A stretch of DNA of 64,000 nucleotides from Escherichia coli (GTDB lineage Bacteria > Pseudomonadota > Gammaproteobacteria > Enterobacterales > Enterobacteriaceae). Where the stretch lies: NCBI RefSeq assembly GCF_030013205.1, contig NZ_CP122648.1; one strand, 5' to 3'. The translations under genes were made by a program, and so were the position numbers. A model generated the notes under the pieces. The model was given only the letters and a program-made list of their open reading frames with translations, was not told the origin of the DNA and did no database searches. This document shows positions 1 through 11,889 of this stretch, piece after piece (the stretch's first letter is position 1; every line of letters starts with the position of its first letter).

Positions 1-19
1 CCGGCCTACGATGCATTAA

Positions 20-3000
20 TTAGTCAAACGGCGGTGGGGCCAGCACTTCACGATTACCGTTGTGCCCCTGTTCGCTGACAATCCCCTGCGCTTCCATCTG
101 TTCGATAATACGCGCTGCACGGTTATAACCAATGCGGAACTGACGCTGTACGCCAGAAATTGATGCTTTGCGTTTTTCAGTGACAAACTGCACCGCCTGA
201 TCGAACAACGGATCCAGCTCTTCAGCGCCATCGAAACCGCCCGCGCCACCTTCGCTTTCGCTGTCGGAGGTGATGCCATCAACATACTGTGGGCGACCAC
301 GCGCTTTCCAGTCCTGCACCACGGCATGAACTTCCTGATCGCGAACAAAAGCACCATGGACACGTACCGGCAACGTGGAGTTCGGCCCAGAGTAGAGCAT
401 ATCCCCCATACCCAGCAGTGATTCCGCACCAGCCTGATCAAGAATGGTACGTGAGTCAATCTTACTGGATACGGTAAAGGCGATACGGGTCGGAATATTC
501 GCTTTAATCAGACCAGTAATAACATCAACCGATGGACGCTGAGTTGCCAGTACGAGGTGGATACCCGCGGCACGGGCTTTTTGCGCCAGACGTGCTATCA
601 GCTCTTCCACTTTTTTACCTACGGTCATCATCAGGTCGGCAAATTCGTCCACCAAAACCACAATGTATGGTTCTTTTTTCAGCACCGGATGCTGGACGTC
701 CATACTGTCACCCGGCTTCCAGTACGGGTCTGGAATCGGACGCATCATGCGATCGGCTTCAGCAATTTTTTCGTTATAACCCGCCAGATTACGCACACCT
801 AGGGCGGACATCAGCTTATAACGACGTTCCATTTCATTTACGCACCAGCGCAAAGCGTTGGCAGCATCTTTCATGTCGGTAACGACTTCCGTTAACAGAT
901 GCGGAATGCCTTCATAAACCGAAAGCTCCAGCATTTTCGGGTCGATCATGATGAAACGCACATCTTCTGGCTGTGCTTTATAAAGCATGCTCAGGATCAT
1001 CGCGTTCACACCGACAGACTTACCGGAACCGGTAGTCCCCGCAACCAACAAGTGCGGCATTTTCGCCAGATCGGCAACCACCGGCTCACCGGCGATATCT
1101 TTACCCAGTACCACGGTTAATGGCGACGGATTATCGCGGAATTTGGCGTTATCCAAAACTTCGCGCAGATATACGGTTTGTCGTTTTTTATTCGGTAACT
1201 CCAGACCTACATAGGGTTTGCCAGGAATAACTTCAACGACACGCACCGCCACCGTCGAAAGTGAACGGGCAAGGTCACGTGACAAGTTAGAAATACGCGC
1301 CGCTTTTACGCCCGGTGCCAGGTTCAATTCAAAGCGAGTGATAACCGGCCCCGGAGAATAATTGACGACATCGGCTTTAATACGGAAATCAGCCAGACGC
1401 GCTTCCACCAGACGCGCCATTTGTTCAAGCGCAAAGGTATCTACCGGCTCCACTTCGCTCGGCGGAGGTGTCAACAAATCCAAAGAAGGCAGCGGCGTCG
1501 TCGGTTTATGCAACGGACGGCTGTCGCCATTACGCATCAACAGCGGATGAAGCAGGGTATCCTGCGGCTGTGGCGCAACTGGCTGTTGTGGCTGCTGATA
1601 CTGCGGCTGCGGTGCAACCGGTTGTTGTGGCTGCTGATACTGCTGCTGCGGCGCAACCGGTTGTTGTGGCTGCTGATACTGCGGCTGCGGTGCAACCGGT
1701 TGTTGCGGCTGCTGATATTGTGGCTGCGGCGCAACCTGCTGTTGTGGCTGCTGATACTGCTGCTGCGGTGCAACCGGTTGTTGCGGCTGCTGTACAGGTT
1801 CAACAATTGGCGTAAACAACGGTTCGTGTGGACCATCATCCAGCAACGCTTTCATTGGCGAAAATTCAAAATCATCCAGCGAGAACGGATTCGCCCCAGC
1901 CGGTTGTTCGCCGGAATAACGTTGTTGTTGAGTTTGCGCAAACTGACGAGCCAGTTCAGCCTCTGCCGCAGCATCTGCATCTTCTGCGTTTACGGGCACA
2001 TCATGTTGATACTGTTCGCCATAGCGTTGCTGCTGTGTCTGGGCGAACTGACGTGCCAGTTCATCCTGCTGCATCGCATCGATTTCATCATCGTTGTACT
2101 GATCGCCAGAATCGTACTGATTGCGCTGGGCTTCACGGGCTTTTTCTTCTGCCGCACGCTGTGAGGGCAGCTTAATACCGTAAGACGCCAATTCACGACG
2201 AGTTGGCACGCGGATACGTTTCGGTCGTGGCAACTGCGGGCCAATCCCCTCTTTGACCTGCGGACGCGGTCCACCGCTATTTGCCAGACTGAAGACTGGC
2301 GCGGCAACGGTTGCGGCAGCCCCCGTCGCCAGTGTCGCTTTTTTCACGCCAGATGCCAGCGGAGAAACAGCGGCAGCGGCTTCTACTGGAGGTACTGCTG
2401 CAACAGAAGGTGCTTTCAGCGAAGATTTGATCGGTTCTGGTTCTTTAACCGGTTCAGGAATCGGTTGATACCAGGCCGCAAGTTGTTCACGTTCACGGGC
2501 ACGCTTCTCTTCCACTTCTTCAAAATAGTAAAGCGGCGGACGCGCGGGTTTTGTCTCTTCTACAACGGGCTCAGGCTCCACAACAGGGTGCTGTTCAACG
2601 GGTTGCGGCTGTTGGTACAACGGCTCCTGAGCGGCTGGCTGCTGATAAGTTTGCTCAGTCTGGTATGTAGACTGTGGAGCAAAAGTGGATTGCTGCTCTT
2701 CGGCTTGCCAGGCGTTACCTGCCGCCGTTTGTTCTGGCGCAGGGGCGTAATACGGCTGTTGCGCAGACTGTTCCGCCGCAGTTGCATAATACGGCTGCTG
2801 AACAGGTTGTTCCGCCGCAGGAGCGTAGTGAGGTTGTTGCACAGGTTGTTCCGCTGCTGGCGCATAATACGGCGGCTGTGGCTGTACAGGTTGTTGCAGC
2901 GGCTCATTATATTGCACTGCAGGCTGCGCATATTGTGGCTGCTGTGGGTAACCTTCCGGTGCCGGAGCAATCACCGGCTCTCCCGTTTGTGGACCCGGTA

Positions 3001-4087
3001 CAGGCTGCCAGGCTACTGTAGGTTGCGAAGGTGGAACATCAACAGAGGCAACAGGCGGCGTCTGAGTCACAGGTTCAACCGGCGCAGCCCAGCTTTGTGT
3101 CGCCGTGGTAGCAGCAGCTGCTACAGCAACAGGTTCGGTAATTGGCGCACCATTTAATAATGGATCGTATTCGTCATATTCTGGCTGCGTTGCACGATTG
3201 CCCGAAAAGAGGACGTCGTCAGGGTCGGCAGCCACACCGCGTGCAGTGTAGGTAATCTCTTCGTCATCATCCATCCGCTTACCGGAGAACAACGCAGCGT
3301 CTGTTTGCCGCCCCATCGGATTAATGAATTTTTCCGCCAACCGTTTACGACGCGCTAACGCGCCGCGAAGAATACGGGCACGGCGTGATTCATGCTGTTT
3401 GCCGTGATTTTCATCTTCATACTCTTCGTCATCTTCATACTCATCTTCATCGACCCAGGTATCATCGCGACGGGTACGATTACTGGCGAAGGTGAGAATG
3501 TTTAAAATCCAGCCGCCGAGTTTTTCAGCAATGGTCACCCATGACCAACCGGTGAACAGCGTCAGACCCGCAGCCCAAACGCAGAGCAGCGCAATAGTTC
3601 CCCCGCTACTGTGTAGCAGTGGTTGTAGCGTAGTGCTTAGTAAGCTGCCAATGACGCCACCGGAGGCAAAATACCAGATATCGTCAGCGTTGATTGCCGC
3701 CAGACCACAGGAGGTAAGGATGAGCGCCAAAACGCCAATGATGCGTAGCGAAACGGCAAAATAATCAATGTATTCGTCGCTGGACTGATGACGCCAGGCA
3801 AACCAACAACCGCCGACAATAATGACGGGAATGGTGTAAGCCATCACGCCAAAAATAAAGAACAGCGTATCTGCCAGCCACGCACCGGGCATCCCACCTA
3901 AATTATGGATAGGTTCATGCCAGGCCGTTTGCGACCAGCTGGGGTCCGAAGGGTTAAAGCTTAGTAAGGCAGCCATCAACCAGACGGCAAACAGGACAAT
4001 AAGGATCAGCAACGCCTCCAGAAGGCGGCGGCCGCTACTTAACTTTGTCAATGTGACTTCTTTGTCTTCAGTGTATTCCTGGCTCAA
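20..4087 (-). CDS. ftsK: DNA translocase FtsK
   Basis: 1355 aa ORF; N-terminal membrane domain, long PQ-rich linker, C-terminal Walker A (GTTGSGKS) motor domain; matches K-12 FtsK from memory. Confidence 0.95.
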   Translation of the reverse strand: MSQEYTEDKEVTLTKLSSGRRLLEALLILIVLFAVWLMAALLSFNPSDPSWSQTAWHEPIHNLGGMPGAWLADTLFFIFGVMAYTIPVIIVGGCWFAWRHQSSDEYIDYFAVSLRIIGVLALILTSCGLAAINADDIWYFASGGVIGSLLSTTLQPLLHSSGGTIALLCVWAAGLTLFTGWSWVTIAEKLGGWILNILTFASNRTRRDDTWVDEDEYEDDEEYEDENHGKQHESRRARILRGALARRKRLAEKFINPMGRQTDAALFSGKRMDDDEEITYTARGVAADPDDVLFSGNRATQPEYDEYDPLLNGAPITEPVAVAAAATTATQSWAAPVEPVTQTPPVASVDVPPSQPTVAWQPVPGPQTGEPVIAPAPEGYPQQPQYAQPAVQYNEPLQQPVQPQPPYYAPAAEQPVQQPHYAPAAEQPVQQPYYATAAEQSAQQPYYAPAPEQTAAGNAWQAEEQQSTFAPQSTYQTEQTYQQPAAQEPLYQQPQPVEQHPVVEPEPVVEETKPARPPLYYFEEVEEKRAREREQLAAWYQPIPEPVKEPEPIKSSLKAPSVAAVPPVEAAAAVSPLASGVKKATLATGAAATVAAPVFSLANSGGPRPQVKEGIGPQLPRPKRIRVPTRRELASYGIKLPSQRAAEEKAREAQRNQYDSGDQYNDDEIDAMQQDELARQFAQTQQQRYGEQYQHDVPVNAEDADAAAEAELARQFAQTQQQRYSGEQPAGANPFSLDDFEFSPMKALLDDGPHEPLFTPIVEPVQQPQQPVAPQQQYQQPQQQVAPQPQYQQPQQPVAPQPQYQQPQQPVAPQQQYQQPQQPVAPQPQYQQPQQPVAPQPQDTLLHPLLMRNGDSRPLHKPTTPLPSLDLLTPPPSEVEPVDTFALEQMARLVEARLADFRIKADVVNYSPGPVITRFELNLAPGVKAARISNLSRDLARSLSTVAVRVVEVIPGKPYVGLELPNKKRQTVYLREVLDNAKFRDNPSPLTVVLGKDIAGEPVVADLAKMPHLLVAGTTGSGKSVGVNAMILSMLYKAQPEDVRFIMIDPKMLELSVYEGIPHLLTEVVTDMKDAANALRWCVNEMERRYKLMSALGVRNLAGYNEKIAEADRMMRPIPDPYWKPGDSMDVQHPVLKKEPYIVVLVDEFADLMMTVGKKVEELIARLAQKARAAGIHLVLATQRPSVDVITGLIKANIPTRIAFTVSSKIDSRTILDQAGAESLLGMGDMLYSGPNSTLPVRVHGAFVRDQEVHAVVQDWKARGRPQYVDGITSDSESEGGAGGFDGAEELDPLFDQAVQFVTEKRKASISGVQRQFRIGYNRAARIIEQMEAQGIVSEQGHNGNREVLAPPPFD
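1565..1800. repeat. In-frame 39 bp tandem repeats in the ftsK linker (13 aa units of the type [13 protein letters not shown])
   Basis: Visible period-39 repetition of ggctgctgatactgcggctgcggtgcaaccggttgttgt and near-copies. Confidence 0.8.
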
Positions 4088-4221
4088 GAAAGGCTCTCCA
4101 GGTTACAGGCTTTTCCTGCCCGATGCTAAAACGGACAACAGTACCAGGTTACCCCAGTACTGTTGCTGTATGGATTAACAGGAGTGTAATCAAAATACGC
4201 CGATTTTGCACCTGTTCCGTG

Positions 4222-4716
4222 TTAGCGCGTCTTAATAACCAGACGATTACTCTGCTTGACTTCTTCCATAACAACGTATGTCCGTGTGTCATTGACGCCA
4301 GGCAGACGCAGCAGGGTTTCCCCCAGCAACTTACGGTAAGCTGACATATCCGGCACGCGTGTTTTCAACAGGTAGTCGAAATCACCGGATACTAAATGAC
4401 ACTCCTGAATTTCTTCAAGTTTTTGTACAGCGGTATTGAATTGTTCAAACACATCCGGTGCGCCACGATTCAGAGTAATCTCAACGAATACCAGAAGTGA
4501 TGCATCCAGATAATGAGGGTTCAGCAGCGCCGTATAGCCCTGAATAAACCCTTGTCTTTCCAGCCGACGCACACGCTCAAGGCACGGCGTTGGGGAAAGT
4601 CCCACACGTTTAGAAAGCTCGACGTTAGAAATACGCCCATCCTTTTGCAACTCATTAAGAATGTTACGATCGATACGGTCGAGATCTTTGCCTGGGCGCT
4701 TCTTGCTATCTACCAT
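4222..4716 (-). CDS. lrp: Leucine-responsive regulatory protein Lrp
   Basis: ORF contains the 164 aa Lrp sequence starting MVDSKKRPGKDLDRIDRNIL; start trimmed from the 182 aa track ORF. Confidence 0.95.
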   Translation of the reverse strand: MVDSKKRPGKDLDRIDRNILNELQKDGRISNVELSKRVGLSPTPCLERVRRLERQGFIQGYTALLNPHYLDASLLVFVEITLNRGAPDVFEQFNTAVQKLEEIQECHLVSGDFDYLLKTRVPDMSAYRKLLGETLLRLPGVNDTRTYVVMEEVKQSNRLVIKTR

Positions 4717-5142
4717 TATTATTGTCTCTCTGTATTCCTTCCCTACTCCTGTCTGACCCTGAAACATCACTGTTCAGAGTCGCTACCCGTCACGATAGAC
4801 CGAAATCATGAAGATTCACGGCGCGCAATGCCTGGGTCTACGGTGAGAAGACCGTTGCCTTGTGGCAGCTATCGACATCACGAATGGCGTCTGTCCACGC
4901 CATACGTAGATTTCACTAGCACGGTAAACATGGTATTTACATGCATGGTTATGCGCATATAAGAATACTGTTTTTTTCTTCCTCGAATGTTTTCGCAAAA
5001 CACCAGGGGATTGTCAAAGCAAAACATCGATTTTTAGTACAACATGCCAGATATTCATTACCAGGGGCGTTTATTCATCATTTAATCGGCTTATAAAGCG
5101 GGAAATTTAAGTAGCAGAGGTGATAATGACGGGAGAATTTGA

Positions 5143-6225
<1,083 letters not shown>

Positions 6226-6347
6226 TTTTACAAATCAGTAACAAAAGTAAAGAAGGCGACACCATGCGACTATGGGTCGCCTTTATTTTTTCCTCGTTGT
6301 AACATTGCTCTGCAAATAATTCTGATAACTCACCTGCTAAGCGTGCA

Positions 6348-8114
6348 ATGAATAAATCCCGTCAAAAAGAGTTAACCCGCTGGTTAAAACAGCAAAGCGT
6401 CATCTCCCAACGTTGGCTGAATATTTCTCGTCTGCTGGGCTTTGTGAGCGGCATATTGATCATTGCCCAAGCCTGGTTCATGGCGCGAATTCTGCAACAT
6501 ATGATTATGGAGAATATTCCCCGTGAAGCCCTGCTGCTTCCCTTTACGTTACTGGTTCTGACCTTTGTACTGCGCGCATGGGTGGTCTGGTTACGCGAAC
6601 GGGTGGGTTATCACGCCGGGCAGCATATCCGCTTTGCCATCCGCCGTCAGGTTCTCGACCGTCTGCAACAAGCAGGGCCAGCGTGGATTCAGGGTAAACC
6701 GGCGGGGAGCTGGGCGACGCTGGTACTCGAGCAAATTGACGATATGCATGATTACTATGCACGCTACCTGCCGCAAATGGCGCTGGCAGTGTCGGTGCCG
6801 TTGCTGATTGTGGTGGCTATCTTCCCCTCTAACTGGGCTGCGGCGCTCATTCTGCTGGGCACTGCTCCGTTAATTCCGTTGTTTATGGCGCTGGTTGGAA
6901 TGGGGGCTGCCGATGCTAACCGACGTAACTTTCTCGCTCTTGCTCGCTTAAGTGGGCATTTTCTCGATCGCCTGCGCGGCATGGAAACATTGCGTATTTT
7001 TGGTCGTGGTGAAGCTGAAATTGAAAGTATTCGTTCTGCTTCGGAAGATTTCCGCCAACGGACAATGGAAGTGCTACGGCTGGCGTTTTTATCCTCCGGC
7101 ATTCTCGAATTTTTTACCTCGCTGTCAATTGCTCTGGTGGCGGTCTACTTTGGTTTTTCCTATCTCGGCGAGCTGGATTTTGGTCACTATGATACTGGCG
7201 TGACGCTGGCTGCGGGTTTTCTGGCCCTGATCCTTGCGCCGGAGTTTTTCCAGCCATTACGCGATCTCGGTACGTTTTATCATGCTAAAGCCCAGGCTGT
7301 TGGCGCAGCTGACAGTCTGAAAACGTTTATGGAAACCCCGCTCGCCCATCCGCAACGTGGTGAGGCGGAATTAGCATCAACCGATCCGGTGACCATTGAA
7401 GCCGAGGATCTGTTTATTACATCACCAGAAGGTAAAACGCTGGCTGGACCGCTGAACTTTACTTTGCCAGCAGGCCAACGTGCAGTGTTGGTTGGTCGCA
7501 GCGGTTCAGGTAAAAGCTCACTGCTGAACGCGCTTTCTGGTTTTCTCTCATATCAGGGATCGCTACGAATCAACGGGATAGAATTACGCGATTTATCACC
7601 GGAATCATGGCGTAAACATCTCTCCTGGGTTGGGCAAAACCCACAATTACCGGCAGCAACACTACGGGATAACGTACTACTGGCACGACCTGATGCCAGC
7701 GAACACGAGTTACAAACAGCGCTGGATAACGCCTGGGTCAGTGAGTTTCTACCGCTCCTGCCACAAGGCGTTGATACGCCTGTTGGCGACCAGGCTGCCC
7801 GCCTTTCCGTGGGGCAGGCACAGCGCGTGGCGGTGGCCCGAGCATTACTAAATCCCTGTTCGCTATTACTGTTGGATGAACCCGCTGCCAGCCTTGATGC
7901 TCACAGTGAACAGCGCGTAATGGAGGCGCTTAATGCCGCCTCTCTGCGCCAGACAACGTTAATGGTCACCCACCAGTTAGAAGATCTTGCTGACTGGGAT
8001 GTCATTTGGGTAATGCAGGATGGTCAGATTATTGAGCAAGGACGTTACGCGGAATTAAGTGTGGCTGGTGGCCCATTCGCCACATTACTGGCCCATCGTC
8101 AGGAGGAGATTTAA
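6348..8114 (+). CDS. cydD: Glutathione/cysteine ABC exporter CydD
   Basis: 588 aa, TMD plus ABC ATPase (GRSGSGKSS, LSVGQAQR). Confidence 0.95.
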   Translation: MNKSRQKELTRWLKQQSVISQRWLNISRLLGFVSGILIIAQAWFMARILQHMIMENIPREALLLPFTLLVLTFVLRAWVVWLRERVGYHAGQHIRFAIRRQVLDRLQQAGPAWIQGKPAGSWATLVLEQIDDMHDYYARYLPQMALAVSVPLLIVVAIFPSNWAAALILLGTAPLIPLFMALVGMGAADANRRNFLALARLSGHFLDRLRGMETLRIFGRGEAEIESIRSASEDFRQRTMEVLRLAFLSSGILEFFTSLSIALVAVYFGFSYLGELDFGHYDTGVTLAAGFLALILAPEFFQPLRDLGTFYHAKAQAVGAADSLKTFMETPLAHPQRGEAELASTDPVTIEAEDLFITSPEGKTLAGPLNFTLPAGQRAVLVGRSGSGKSSLLNALSGFLSYQGSLRINGIELRDLSPESWRKHLSWVGQNPQLPAATLRDNVLLARPDASEHELQTALDNAWVSEFLPLLPQGVDTPVGDQAARLSVGQAQRVAVARALLNPCSLLLLDEPAASLDAHSEQRVMEALNAASLRQTTLMVTHQLEDLADWDVIWVMQDGQIIEQGRYAELSVAGGPFATLLAHRQEEI

Positions 8115-9836
8115 ATGCGCGCTTTGCTACCCTATCTGGCACTGTATAAACGTCATAAATGGATGTTAAGTCTTGGTATTGTGCTGGCAATTGTCACGCT
8201 GCTCGCCAGTATCGGTCTGTTGACACTTTCCGGCTGGTTCCTCTCGGCCTCAGCGGTAGCGGGGGTTGCCGGACTGTACAGCTTCAACTATATGCTACCC
8301 GCTGCGGGCGTGCGTGGTGCAGCAATCACCCGTACTGCCGGGCGCTATTTTGAACGTCTGGTAAGTCACGACGCGACTTTCCGCGTGTTGCAGCATCTGC
8401 GCATTTATACCTTCAGCAAATTGCTGCCCCTCTCCCCTGCAGGACTGGCGCGCTATCGTCAGGGCGAATTGCTCAACCGCGTGGTGGCGGATGTTGATAC
8501 GCTCGATCATCTTTACCTGCGCGTTATCTCGCCGCTGGTGGGCGCTTTTGTGGTGATTATGGTGGTGACAATCGGGTTAAGTTTCCTTGATTTCACCCTC
8601 GCCTTTACGCTGGGCGGCATTATGTTACTGACGCTTTTCCTGATGCCACCACTGTTTTATCGTGCGGGGAAAAGCACCGGGCAAAATCTGACTCATCTTC
8701 GCGGGCAGTATCGCCAACAACTGACGGCCTGGCTGCAAGGGCAAGCTGAGCTGACCATTTTTGGTGCCAGCGATCGTTATCGCACGCAGTTAGAGAATAC
8801 CGAAATTCAGTGGCTGGAAGCGCAACGTCGTCAATCTGAACTCACCGCATTATCGCAAGCGATAATGCTGCTCATTGGCGCGTTAGCGGTGATCCTGATG
8901 CTGTGGATGGCGTCTGGCGGCGTTGGCGGCAATGCTCAACCCGGCGCGTTAATTGCCCTGTTTGTCTTCTGCGCGTTAGCCGCGTTTGAAGCACTGGCAC
9001 CAGTAACGGGTGCATTTCAGCATCTGGGGCAAGTCATTGCCTCTGCCGTACGGATCACTGACTTAACGGTTCAAAAACCGGAAGTCACCTTCCCTGATAC
9101 CCAAACTCGTGTTGCCGATCGCGTTTCGCTGACGTTACGGGATGTTCAATTCACTTATCCGGAGCAATCCCAACAGGCACTTAAAGGGATTTCTCTTCAG
9201 GTAAACGCCGGGGAACATATAGCGATTCTCGGGCGAACCGGATGCGGCAAATCAACACTGTTACAACTGCTGACCCGCGCATGGGACCCGCAACAAGGCA
9301 AGATTTTGCTTAACGATAGCCCCATAGCCAGCCTGAATGAAGCGGCTCTACGACAGACCATCAGCGTTGTTCCTCAGCGAGTGCATCTGTTTAGCGCCAC
9401 GCTGCGTGATAATCTGTTACTCGCCTCACCTGGCAGTAGTGATGAGGCTCTGGCGGAGATCTTGCGTCGCGTTGGTCTGGAGAAGCTGCTCGAGGATGCA
9501 GGTCTCAACAGTTGGTTGGGTGAAGGCGGACGCCAGCTCTCCGGTGGTGAACTGCGCCGTCTGGCTATCGCCCGTGCGCTGTTACATGATGCGCCGCTGG
9601 TATTGCTGGATGAACCTACAGAAGGCTTAGATGCCACAACCGAAAGTCAGATCCTTGAATTGCTTGCAGAAATGATGCGTGAGAAAACGGTGTTAATGGT
9701 CACCCATCGACTTCGCGGACTCTCTCGTTTCCAACAAATAATAGTGATGGACAACGGGCAAATTATTGAGCAAGGTACTCACGCAGAACTGCTTGCCAGA
9801 CAGGGGCGTTATTACCAGTTCAAGCAGGGTTTGTAA
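8115..9836 (+). CDS. cydC: Glutathione/cysteine ABC exporter CydC
   Basis: 573 aa, TMD plus ABC ATPase (GRTGCGKST, LSGGELRR); start abuts cydD stop. Confidence 0.95.
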   Translation: MRALLPYLALYKRHKWMLSLGIVLAIVTLLASIGLLTLSGWFLSASAVAGVAGLYSFNYMLPAAGVRGAAITRTAGRYFERLVSHDATFRVLQHLRIYTFSKLLPLSPAGLARYRQGELLNRVVADVDTLDHLYLRVISPLVGAFVVIMVVTIGLSFLDFTLAFTLGGIMLLTLFLMPPLFYRAGKSTGQNLTHLRGQYRQQLTAWLQGQAELTIFGASDRYRTQLENTEIQWLEAQRRQSELTALSQAIMLLIGALAVILMLWMASGGVGGNAQPGALIALFVFCALAAFEALAPVTGAFQHLGQVIASAVRITDLTVQKPEVTFPDTQTRVADRVSLTLRDVQFTYPEQSQQALKGISLQVNAGEHIAILGRTGCGKSTLLQLLTRAWDPQQGKILLNDSPIASLNEAALRQTISVVPQRVHLFSATLRDNLLLASPGSSDEALAEILRRVGLEKLLEDAGLNSWLGEGGRQLSGGELRRLAIARALLHDAPLVLLDEPTEGLDATTESQILELLAEMMREKTVLMVTHRLRGLSRFQQIIVMDNGQIIEQGTHAELLARQGRYYQFKQGL

Positions 9837-9877
9837 GCTATTATTGAACGATCCGACTAGCGTGGAGTTTTGCGGTC

Positions 9878-10582
9878 ATGCGCCTGGTTCAGCTTTCTCG
9901 CCATTCAATAGCCTTCCCTTCCCCGGAAGGCGCATTACGTGAGCCTAACGGCCTGCTGGCACTGGGGGGCGATCTTAGCCCTGCGCGCCTGTTAATGGCT
10001 TACCAGCGTGGTATTTTTCCGTGGTTTTCTCCAGGTGACCCCATCCTCTGGTGGTCGCCCGATCCTCGCGCGGTGCTTTGGCCTGAATCACTGCATATCA
10101 GCCGTAGTATGAAGCGATTTCATAAACGCTCGCCCTATCGTGTCACGATGAATTACGCTTTTGGTCAGGTCATTGAAGGCTGTGCCAGCGATCGCGAAGA
10201 AGGAACCTGGATCACGCGTGGCGTGGTCGAAGCCTACCATCGCCTTCACGAACTCGGTCATGCCCACTCTATTGAAGTCTGGCGTGAAGATGAGCTTGTC
10301 GGCGGTATGTACGGCGTGGCCCAGGGAACGCTATTTTGTGGCGAGTCCATGTTCAGCCGGATGGAAAATGCGTCTAAAACGGCGCTTCTGGTATTCTGTG
10401 AGGAATTTATTGGTCATGGCGGTAAACTTATCGACTGCCAGGTCCTTAACGATCACACAGCGTCGCTTGGTGCCTGCGAAATTCCCCGCCGGGATTACCT
10501 CAATTATCTCAATCAAATGCGCCTCGGACGATTGCCGAATAATTTCTGGGTACCACGGTGCTTGTTTTCACCACAAGAATGA
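9878..10582 (+). CDS. aat: Leucyl/phenylalanyl-tRNA--protein transferase
   Basis: 234 aa; matches K-12 Aat. Confidence 0.9.
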
Positions 10583-10863
10583 ATGTTTTCGGCACATTTC
10601 TCCCCAGAGTGTTATAATTGCGGTCGCAGAGTTGGTTACGCTCATTACCCCGCTGCCGATAAGGAATTTTTCGCGTCAGGTAACGCCCATCGTTTATCTC
10701 ACCGCTCCCTTATACGTTGCGCTTTTGGTGCGGCTTAGCCGTGTGTTTTCGGAGTAATGTGCCGAACCTGTTTGTTGCGATTTAGCGCGCAAATCTTTAC
10801 TTATTTACAGAACTTCGGCATTATCTTGCCGGTTCAAATTACGGTAGTGATACCCCAGAGGAT

Positions 10864-11085
<222 letters not shown>

Positions 11086-11338
11086 TTGTTTTACCGCCTG
11101 ATGGGCGAAGAGAAAGAACGAGTAAAAGGTCGGTTTAACCGGCCTTTTTATTTTGTGATATGTATGAAGTACTTTGGAAGTATAAGTCCATAACTTGTCT
11201 CGATGTAGATATACTGCACAACTTGTTTACAGTATGAGCAAACAATAATTATCATTAAAATTCTTCTTGACCGTTTTACTCCAACTCCCTATAGTAGCGC
11301 CCCGTTGCCACCCATGAGGTTTGGTAGCAAAACAATTT

Positions 11339-11426
11339 GGTGAGGTGTCCGAGTGGCTGAAGGAGCACGCCTGGAAAGTGTGTATACGGCAACGTATCGG
11401 GGGTTCGAATCCCCCCCTCACCGCCA
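11339..11426 (+). tRNA. serW: tRNA-Ser (anticodon GGA)
   Basis: GGTGAGGTGTCCGAGTGGCTGAAGG...CCTGGAAAGTG...GGGTTCGAATCCCCCCCTCACCGCCA; long variable arm; anticodon loop CU-GGA-AA. Confidence 0.9.
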
Positions 11427-11588
11427 TATTCAAAGAAGAGCTCGTACGAAAGTAGGGGCTTTTTTTTCGCATATTGCACACACCGGGGGGATGAGAAGCC
11501 CCGACCGGGGTTCGACAACTGGCGCAGCCAGTTGGACAGACCACGAACACAGTGAGTGGGCTGCCCGCAGGGCGAGCGAAGCGAGTCA

Positions 11589-11611
11589 ATCCCCCCCTCA
11601 CCGCCATATTT
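11589..11611 (+). repeat. Direct repeat of the last ~23 nt of serW plus flanking TATT (aatccccccctcaccgccatatt)
   Basis: Near-identical copy of 11404-11430 located ~185 bp downstream; each copy is followed by a related A-rich/ctcgtacgaaagta segment. Confidence 0.8.
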
Positions 11612-11617
11612 AAAGAA

Positions 11618-11647
11618 AAACTCGTACGAAAGTACGAGTTTTTTTTC
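11618..11647 (+). terminator. Rho-independent terminator-like hairpin (ctcgtac-gaaa-gtacgag followed by T8)
   Basis: Perfect 7 bp stem, 4 nt loop, U-run; a degenerate copy sits at 11432-11458. Confidence 0.6.
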
Positions 11648-11889
11648 GCATTTTATCTGCCTGTACGGCAGTGAACTCAAATACTACACGTTTAGTCCGT
11701 TATTAATAAAGCAAAACCATCTCATTTTCCTGCTACCACCCTTTTTTATCCTTACCTTCCCGCAGCACTAATTATCAACAACTTACCATCATCATCAAAA
11801 AAAGGGTCTGAACCTCCTCCACCCCATAAACAAAAAGTCCGTAACCTCTTTCGAGATTACGGACTTCACCAACCTACCTGACAATTAGA

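Noticed and set aside
1421-3157. Several long ORFs antisense or out of frame to ftsK (1421..2164, 2465..3157 and others)
   Set aside because: Artefacts of the repetitive, codon-biased ftsK linker; they lie wholly inside a well-supported gene.
11440-11590. Second tRNA or tmRNA-like gene between the serW copies
   Set aside because: Apart from the duplicated 3' terminal 23 nt, no acceptor stem, D-arm or anticodon-arm pairing could be found.
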